From Plasmodiophora brassicae (Eukaryota): a stretch of 64,000 bases of DNA. The notes under the pieces are model-generated. The model was given only the letters and a program-made list of their open reading frames with translations, had not been told where the DNA came from and ran no database searches. The position numbers were made by a program, and so were the translations under genes. The stretch lies in contig CP145414.1 in NCBI GenBank assembly GCA_036867785.1, positions 372,001-436,000 on the forward strand, written 5' to 3'. Shown piece after piece: positions 55,339 through 64,000 of the stretch (position 1 is the first letter of the stretch; each line of letters begins with the position of its first letter).

Positions 55339-56976
55339 ATGGGCGGCGCGCTTCGGCGCGTGCAATTGCGAATGACACCGACCGCGCCGGTACTGGACAG
55401 GTCGGCGTTCAAGAACACGCTGGAGCTGGTTGCGCTGCAGGTCCCGTCCCGCAGCTGCCAGGCGTTCCTGTCGAACAAGGACCTGCGCCCGTTCATACTG
55501 CAGCGAGCTTTTGTGCGCCCGATCGAGAAGGACCCTGGCGACACAGCGTTGCGGCTGGTGCTCCTGGACGAGCAGGTCAAACAGCTGGATGATCTGTCGG
55601 GCACGGCGCGAGCCTTTGTGGAATCAAGTGGCGCCAAGTTTGTACCGTTCCAGCTCGAGGTGTCGTACGAGCAGTGCACTGCAGGTGAAGACGCGCGTGG
55701 ACGTTGCCTGGTTCGCTCGCTGACCGCCGTGTTATAGAACAAGTAATGAAAGCGCTCATGCCTGAGTCATGCGTGATTCGATCGTTCGAGACCATTGGGC
55801 ATATCGCCCATGTCAACCTACGGGACGACCAACTGCCTTATAAGCATGTTATTGCCCAGGTTCTGCTTGACGTACGTCACGTGGCTGAACGCTGCTCTTT
55901 GTGTGTATCTAATGTCCCTGCGTCTAGAAACACCCAAACCTTCGCACCGTTGTCAACAAGGTCGGGCAGATTTCCAACGAGTATCGCGTGTTCGATATGG
56001 AGGTCATCGGTGGCGACGCCAATCTTGACACCGAGGTTTCCGAGCACGGATCTCGGTTCCAGTTCAATTTCGGCGAGGTATGCACGTCTCTCGGTCGCCG
56101 TGACAGACAAAGGAACCCAATGGGCTTTGCAGGTGTACTGGAACTCGCGCCTGCAGACGGAACACAGGCGATTGGTAGATGCGTTCGAGGAGGGCTGCGT
56201 CATTGCCGACATGTTCTGCGGGGTGGGACCGTTCGCTGTACCGGCGGCACGAAGGAGATCCTGCACCGTGCACGCCAATGATCTTAACCCCCGATCGGTC
56301 CACTACTTGAAGAAGAACATTGCGCTGAATGGGATTGGTGAGTGTTGTGCTCTGGTGACATTGGAACCTGGTCGTGACGTGTGCTTGTCAGACGGCTCAA
56401 TTATCCCTTACAACCTCGATGCCAGACAATTCATTGAAGAGTCACGGGAGCGCCAACGAACCGGTGAGATTTCCATGTTCGACCACATTATCATGAATCT
56501 GCCAGCGATGGCACTGGAGTTCCTCGGTAAGCAACCCAAGCAGCATGACGGGATTTGCTGATCGCCTCATCGGCCCGTTAGATGTCTTCCGAGGGGCGTA
56601 TGCACCGGACGAGAAGCGTCCCAGGATACATGTTTACTGTTTCACATGTGCCGAGGAGGCTGACGCTGAAGATGACATTCTACGCGTGCGTCCATCGTCG
56701 TTGTAATCATCTCACGGTGGTCTGAACTCGTCGAATGTACAGCGCGCGGAATCTGCCTTAGGCTCCCCGATCGTCGACCCAACGCTGCACTGGTACGTCC
56801 CGCCTCGGATCGCCTCCTCGTGGCTCTGCCGACCCATTATCCGCAGTGTCCGCAAGGTGGCCCCCAGGAAAGACATGTACTGCCTCTCCTTCAACCTTCC
56901 TGAACAGGCAGTGGGCACGTCGGCTGAACGCCCGATGAAGCGTCACTGCGCGGAGATGGCGCCTTGCCACCCGTGA
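55339..56976 (+). CDS. TRM5: tRNA (guanine(37)-N1)-methyltransferase Trm5
   Basis: LDRSAF, SFETIGHIAHVNLR, RTVVNKVG, VYWNSRLQTEHRRL, DMFCGVGPFAVPAA, ANDLNP, HIIMNLP, IHVYCF, VRKVAPRKDMYCLSF. Confidence 0.95.
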
Positions 56977-57203
56977 CTCTACTGACTAAAAAATAATGTT
57001 CGTCATAGCGTGCCTACCTACCCTACCCTACTTTTCCGTGGCGTTTTTTGGGGGGAATGATCCCAGTCACGAATGTTTCCTGTGGAACGTCATGTTCGGA
57101 TGATTCTGGGAATTGCCCCATTCGGGTGATGAACGTTTTGTTGTGGGAGTGACGGCGGCGGCGGGGGAGGGGGTGTGCTGTAGGGCTGTGGCGCGCGGCG
57201 GAC

Positions 57204-58732
57204 ATGGGGCTGGACGGGTCGACGCGCCTGCGCTGCAACAAGTGCTGGCAGGTCATGTCGAGCGGGTTCGCCTGGGTCACGATCTGCTCGCACGTCTTCT
57301 GCGAGGACGATGCCAGCAGGTGGTTCTCGCGGCAGTCGTCGTGCCCGTGCTGCAGCACGCCGCTGAAGAGGTCGCCCCGGGGGTCTCCATGCGACCTGCT
57401 GACGCATTGAGCCGGGTCGTCGTAGAGACGCGTCGGATTTGAAGAAAGTTCGGGTCGATGCGGACGAAAGCAGGCCGATGGCGCTTTGGGGCGAGAACCC
57501 CACTGTCATCTTCGATGCGTGTGCTGGGGCGCTTGGATTCTATGTTTATCAGGTCAATGAGACGGTCCGTTTGTGAGGAATGTGCCGACGTTCGCCTGTA
57601 GAAAAAGCAAGAGTTAGCCTGGATGAATCATGTCATGGGCCAGAAAGAGAAACAGGCACAAGCTACTGTGGTAAGCGTCGTTGCCGTTCATATTGTCGCA
57701 GCGCATAGCAGGAACGGCGTGTACTGCAGGTCGAAGCCCAGAAGGCGGTTCGCGATCGCGATGAGCACATACACACGCTGAACCAGAAGCTCGCGGTTTG
57801 CGCGGAAGAAATGCAGAGAAAGGATGCCGCATACCTCGAGCTGAAGCAGAGCCACAAGGAGAAAACCAGGTGGGGTCGAATGCTTGTGTGCATCGCAGGA
57901 GTGTCTAATATGGGTCAACGTATGGGCAGAATGTGCAAGAATTATGAGGTATGGCGTTCTCGTGCGGAGACTGCTGGGCGTTAACGTCAGGAGTCGAACA
58001 CAGAAATTGTACAATCAGATGCAGAATATGAACAGCAAGGTATCGTTAAGCGCGTCATGAATACTTGGAGCAACTCAACGTTCGTAGGCCAGGAAAAGTC
58101 CACTTGGTTCCTCGGTATCACCTCATGCGCGTCCTCGATTAGCGGGCGAAGCAGAAGCTCCCCAGCCTCGTTCGACATTTGACAACAACATAGCGGGTTG
58201 GTCATCGGGTGTTTCAGTCGTCGGCAAAGGTTCACGTTGGCCTCAGTGCGAAGGTCGGAGGCAGTACGTCATTCTGTTTCGAGCTTTGGGCTGGATGCAT
58301 CGCCAAAACATAGGGCACTACCTTCGACTGGGTGTTCAGCCTCCACTCCAAGCAAGGCAACGTTTCTAAGCACGTTGGGGCGACCTAGACATCATACACA
58401 TGGTAGTTGCACTTCAAGGCGCGTCTGCATAAAGGGCGTTGACCGTCTAATGTACTGCAGATTACCCTTCATCGTTGTTGAACTCAAAGCGTAAGGCGTC
58501 GCCCAGCCTGAAGCATTCAATGTCGTTCACGCCACGTCCAACGGAGACACCACGGCCATCTCTCAACCCGCTTCTGTTCTCCTCCAGGGCGTCGATGCAA
58601 AGGGAAAGTTTGAGGCCCCGAACTCCAAGCCGAACGCCGTTGACTCCGGCAACAGTAACGACAGGAACGCTGTACAAGGGGCCAACACGACCATCACTAC
58701 TACTCGGTCGAACAGGGGGCACAGTTCGCTAA
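57204..58732 (+). CDS. HEI10: Meiotic RING E3 ligase HEI10/CCNB1IP1 (multi-exon, 3' exons approximate)
   Basis: LRCNKCWQVMSSGFAWVTICSHVFCEDDA...CPCC followed by ALWGENPTVIFDACAGALGFYVYQ, a coiled coil and an S/T/P-rich tail. Confidence 0.85.
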
Positions 58733-58786
58733 CGCGCTCGCACTGCAAAGGCAATCTGAACATTACATGGACACCTTTATGTACAT

Positions 58787-61528
58787 TTAAATGGGCGGCA
58801 ACTTCTTCACTTCGGTAATGAGGAAGTCGACAACGGATGGGTCCATCAACGTAGTTACATCCCCAAAACCTTTGGGGTCGAACTCACGCGATGCCAGTTT
58901 TCGCAGCAGACGACGCATGATCTTGCCACTGCGAGTCTTGGGAAGAGCGGGCGTGATGACAATCTCGTCAGGACGTGCAAACGCGCCAACGCATTCGCGC
59001 ACAGAATTCTGCAGGGCGACGACAAGTTCGGGAGATGCCGCCACGTTCTCCTTCACGGTAACGTAGGCGAATAGACATTCTCCTTTGACCGTATGAGGTC
59101 GACCGACAACAGCAGCTAAAGAAGCGGATTAGCAGAGTACACGAATCGCATGAGCATCGTCGACACTGGAACCTTCCGCAACACTCGGGTGTTGCACAAG
59201 AGCCGACTCGACCTCAGCAGACCCGATTCGGTGTCCAGAGACGTTCAACACATCATCGACCCGGCCTGTAATCCAGTAGTATCCATTCTTATCACGCGTA
59301 GCACCGTCCCCGGTGAGGTAGCTGCCCGGATACGGGTTCATGTACACAAGAAGATATCTAAACAGGATCAGCAGTGAATTTCAGAGAGATGACGAAGGCC
59401 GCACCTAGAATGATCCCCATGAATTGTGCGGGCCATTCCAGGCCAGGGCTTCTCAACGGTGAGAATTCCGCTGACACCGTTGCCGTCAATGACTGTGCCA
59501 GACATGGGATCGCGCAGGGCCAGCTTGACGCCGAAAAACGGAAGTGTTGCTGATCCTGGTTTCGTAGGAGTTGCCCCAGGAATGGGGGACACCATTATCC
59601 CACCGGTTTCCGTCTTACCAATGATTCAGTTTCGAATCGTTCATCGAAGTACACTCGCCTACCTGCCAGTAGGTATCCACAATGGCACACTTACCGCCTC
59701 CAGCGTTCTTATGGTACCATTTCCATGCTTCAGCTGACATGAACTCTCTCCTTAGGACGGGCTAAGGCGTTGAATGTCCATAAACCTACGGTTGATAGGT
59801 TCACCAACACTTCCCAGAATGCGAAGCGAGCTGAGATCGTAGCCTTTGAAAGGGGCATCACCAAACCGCATCAAAGCCCGGATCGCCGTTCTGAAATGCA
59901 TGTTGGAGGTATACAACGGTTGATCAAATGACGATACTTACGGTGCTGTGTAGAAAATGCTGATCTTGTGGCGCTGTACCAGGTCCCAGTACCGGGAAGG
60001 ATTCGGATACAGCGGCGTACTCTGGAACATGAGCGTCGTGGCGCCGTTAATCAGAGGACCGTAGACAATGTAACTGGCGTGATAGGTCACAACACGAGCT
60101 TACGACCACTGCCTAAGGAGTCATACCTATGCCCGGTGATCCAGCCTGCATCAACAGTCACTCGACCAGCGATTAGGTGTCAAAGAAGACATATAGTACC
60201 TATGTCTGCAACGCATGCATAGACGTCGTCTTCATGGAGATCGAATATTATGCGATGCGTGTACGACGCCCACACACAGTAGCCGCCAGTTGTGTGGATG
60301 ATTCCTGAGACGGCGAACATCGATCAGCAATAGCGTTTTGATGCGCTTCGACGAAAGACCTTTCGGTCGCCCTGTCGAACCGGAAGTATAGAGCATGAAA
60401 AGAGTATCCTCGCTATCCATTATCTACAGTTATCCTTAGCCGATACAATACCCATATGGCGACTTCGTTAATCCCAACCTCGCACGGACAGTAGGGACGC
60501 TGCTGCGACATGGCCTCGCGCAAATCAATATCTCTCTGAGGCGTCATGGGACATGGTGCGTCCTAGTTGCACGGCATCAATGCCTCATGTCTGTCGAACA
60601 GCATACATGTTTACCGTTTGCTTATACACAAGCACGTGCTCAACGCATGGGCACTGGGCGACGGCCTTGTCAACCGCAGCTTTGAGGGGCACCGTCTTTC
60701 CTCCACGAACAGACTCGTTCGCGCAGATGACAACCTGATGGCCAGCATCGTTGCTCAAAAACAGCACCGTCGTCAAGGCAGATCATTACAGTGGCATGGG
60801 CGTCCAGAATCCTGTCCCTGATGGCATCGGTGGAAAACCCAGCGAAGACAACGTTGTGTGGCGCCCCTATCCCAGTCCTTCGTCGTCAGACCCGAATCGC
60901 ATCCCAGACGCCCCCGTGGAAGGTACCGATCCGGGCACAGGCGAGCAGCGCGATCGCGCTCTCAGGACACATTGGCATATAGATGCAGACCCGGTCGCCC
61001 TTCTTCACGCCGAGCGACCTCAACACGTTCGCCAAGCGACAGACTTCGTGGTACCTACAACGGTCGTCTGTCGATGTGATGCGCTTGCCCACTACTGTGC
61101 ACACGTACAGTTCTTGGTACGAGATTCGACGCACATCATCGAATTCGTCGCCTTGATAGATGATGGCGGTCTTGTTGGCCCGGGCAGGGAGATGCCGATC
61201 AACAGCGTTGTAGCATGCGTTCAGTTTGCCATTGACGAACCACGCGACGTCGCCATGCTGAAATGAGCCAGTCATGGTGTCCGAGTACGGCGTGAAGAAC
61301 GTCACTTGTTGAGTGGCAATCTGACACAGCCGGTCAGTAATCGGAAACGCACACTCGGACGATGCCACGTACGTCACTCCAGAATCCGACCGGGTCGCTG
61401 ACGCTCCGGTTGTAGATTTCATGGTAATGGTCCAGGGATCGTACGGCAGGGCCCGCCTTGCGCACCGCCTCCGGCGGCGGGTAGATTTCATCGTCGACGT
61501 GGGCGACCGACACCTCCGCCGCCGTCAT
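58787..61528 (-). CDS. ACS: Acetyl-CoA synthetase (AMP-forming)
   Basis: [109 protein letters not shown]. Confidence 0.97.
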
Positions 61529-62027
61529 CCCCCAACTGGCTACGCAATATAATATCCGACTGACGGGCTGCAGGCAGCAGACCGACGCGGGCGCCCCGAG
61601 TCCGTCCGTTCGCTGTCGGCAGACGGCAGTACTACCTAATGTAACGCCCCCTGTCAGTCGCTCAGAGATTTTATTCCGTCTGCTGACGCGGGCCACGGAC
61701 GGACCAGTGAGTACCTCGTGGCACAGCGCCACGGCGAAACGTTAACGTGACTCGTGAGGCTGATTTGCGCCGGGGCACGGGCCGCCCTTCGATCCAGAAC
61801 GCGCGATGTATTGACTATTGAGATCGCTGCTGAGAGCAAGGTATGCGCCTAGGAGATGCCGTACGACAATCTGCGGCTGCTGAGTTTCAGCTGACGTCTC
61901 CTTCGGGTTCGTCTATATGAATTGGTCGAGGCTTCGGTGCCGTATACTCATCACCGAACGCGGTCGTCTTAAGTTGTCGGTTCCCCGCATACCCAGTTAG
62001 GTTATCACATCGTCGGCCACTTATTAG

Positions 62028-63573
62028 TCAGCGGCCAATGTTCGGGGTCGTTCTACCGGTCGTCTCGGTGTTCCACGCCACTGGCCCACCGGTTTTCCCC
62101 GAATGAACAGACTGTCCTGCTCGCGTCCACGCAGGTTTGAACATGGCGACCCGGAAGGCGCTGTCCAGGGCCCGGCCCATGTACGACAGCGAAAAGGAGG
62201 TGGTGAACCCTGCTGGGCTGAATACGAAGCTCTGCAGGCCGGTTAATGCCAAGCCGATACAGGCGATGATCATCGACAGCGACAAGCCCAGCGCGGAATG
62301 GCTGATTCGCTGGAGGACGCGGTTAACAGATGACGTATTGCAGACGGCATCCTGGACTTGAATACCGACGACGCGTGCTTTCCAGTAGAATCGGACAACA
62401 CCGATCAAGACATGCACACTGAGGAGCACTTCCAGCAGAAACAACGTGACGGAGCCCGCCTCCACGAGTAGAGGCGCGAAATAGTTCATGGCGAATGCCA
62501 CCGACATAATCGTGTCTAACACGATGGGCACCAGGCAGAGGGTCAGGGTCACGAACCGATACTCCCCGGACAGGATCCGGTTCATCAACGACGGGTGCGG
62601 TTTGCCTGCCACCTTCTCGTACTCCCTGGTCCAGACCGTCGCCGACGCGATCGAGCAGGCGAACGACCACCCGCAGAGGAGGGATGTGAAGAAGAACACG
62701 ACCGTGTCGGGAAGGTTTGGAGTGCTGCAGTACCCGCCAACGGCGAGGATAACGCCAGATAAGGTGGCTGTGATCATCTCGACGAACAGGGTCACCTGCC
62801 CGAGTCCCATGTGGTCGACGGCGAACTCGAGCAAGCGCCGAGGCGTACGACAGTGCTGGGGAACCTTGCCGACGAACCGCCTCTGCATGACCAATAGGTG
62901 CATCGCGAAGAACGCGGCGGCCGTCGCACCCGACCCGATCAGGATGGTACTCGGGAGAATGCGGACGAACACCTGGTAGTACCAGGACGAGAGCGTGGGA
63001 AGCCATGGGTTCGCATCGGGGAACACGGTGGCGTTCGTACCCGGCGCGAACGCCATGATCGTGTCCGCTAGGGATTGACTGGGACCCGTTTGCAGGAGCA
63101 ACATTGGCAACGAGCGCGTTGATGCACCTTGCGCGCCGTCGTTGTTGTAATGGTTGAGGCCAGGGACCTGATCTAAGTACGGCACTGTCCTCGCCGAGTG
63201 AGTCGGCGTGGCGAACGAGGTTCGATGGGGACGTACGTATGAGAGCGGCGGCATCCAGGGCGAGGAAGCCGCGGTAGATGACGTCGTACTGGCAGCGTAT
63301 GCCGCCGACAGCACTGGGCGTTGCCAGGACGATCCTGTCGCGGACAAGGCCTTCCGGTAGGGCGCTCGGGTCGCATAGATCGGTGTCGACCACGACAACG
63401 GGGCGGGTCAGCGGTCGCATGTTATCCTGGACCTGTGGGCCCAGGAACCCGGTCATCGTCGTGACGAACACGGACAGGTTCGCCAGCGGCCCGCTGACGA
63501 CTGACGGGAACGTCACCAGTGCATTGGCGACGGATGCGACCAGGCATGCAACCGTCATGAGCGCCATTAGCAT
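62028..63573 (-). CDS. Signal peptide + PA-like ectodomain + seven-TM receptor-like protein (one intron, ~63175/63187-63238)
   Basis: The N-terminal exon (signal peptide; GFLGP, DLCDP...VRDRIVL...RCQYDVIYRGFLALDAAALI) joins the 62028 ORF via a GTACGT...AG intron. Seven hydrophobic segments follow NPWL. Confidence 0.75.
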
Positions 63574-63678
63574 GGTCGTTAACCTCTGGCCAACGTACAG
63601 GACGATCGTGGATTGCTAAAGGTCATCCTTATTGTTTTCATTCCAGTATATGTCTGACCAGTGTGGCGTCTAAAATCT

Positions 63679-64000
63679 CTACACAGTCGTCGACCAATCG
63701 TCCAGGAGCGACATAAACGTGCGGGACGCAGGGATACGCATACGACGACGGAGAAGGTCGTCGACGCGTTGCCCAGCAGCGTTGGCAACCGTCAACAGCG
63801 CTTCGAATTCCCGGGGCGCCGTCTGCGCCATGAAACGCGATACGGCGTCGATATCGGACGGGGACCCATGGGAGCAGACGGCATGGAGGATGGTGTTCCC
63901 CGACGCGTCCAGCGCCACCGTCCAGGACGGGTTACGGGACAGGTAGCCGAGCAGAGCGTCGATGCCCAGGCCTCGTGTGCGCGCGATGTCGTAGGCCTGA
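63679..64000 (-). CDS. Ankyrin-repeat protein, C-terminal end (5' part outside the window)
   Basis: LDASGNTILHAVCSHG...LLTVANAAGQRVDDL. The frame is open to the window edge. Confidence 0.7.
   Translation of the reverse strand, partial: QAYDIARTRGLGIDALLGYLSRNPSWTVALDASGNTILHAVCSHGSPSDIDAVSRFMAQTAPREFEALLTVANAAGQRVDDLLRRRMRIPASRTFMSLLDDWSTTV

Noticed and set aside
63175..63240. Programmed frameshift between overlapping ORFs 62323-63573 and 62028-63398
   Set aside because: A canonical GTACGT...AG intron of typical length joins the two frames.

Overview
Compact, GC-rich eukaryotic genomic DNA with many short (~50-60 nt) spliceosomal introns and very short intergenic spacers. The overall style is most consistent with a plasmodiophorid protist such as Plasmodiophora brassicae; this is an inference, not checked. 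The window opens in the pol region of a chromodomain-bearing Ty3/gypsy LTR retrotransposon that has a nonsense codon in the RT active-site motif and a tandem-repeat 3' region. Next come a convergent secreted-protein ORF and three identical tRNA-Asn(GTT) genes. Housekeeping genes follow: COG5, GPC1-type acyltransferase, FAB1/PIKfyve-like kinase, NDUFB11, two tandem alanyl-tRNA synthetases, ATM/Tel1, RIIAD1-like, DCLRE1/SNM1-Artemis nuclease, CDC123, POLD2, VPS16, nicalin, TRM5, HEI10 and acetyl-CoA synthetase. Interspersed are lineage-specific candidate secreted or surface proteins (bulb-type lectin, a 51-aa four-Cys peptide missed by the ORF track, a signal-anchored RBR E3 ligase, a signal peptide + PA-like + 7TM receptor) and a decayed hAT transposase. 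The most interesting items are the duplicated AlaRS pair (patchwork gene conversion, an editing-site CGGTH->CGGNH change, GC-AG introns, possible non-AUG presequence), the possible LTR-embedded secreted ORF, the tiny Cys-rich peptide and the PA-7TM receptor. Coordinates of multi-exon genes are start-to-stop spans from manual splicing and are approximate.
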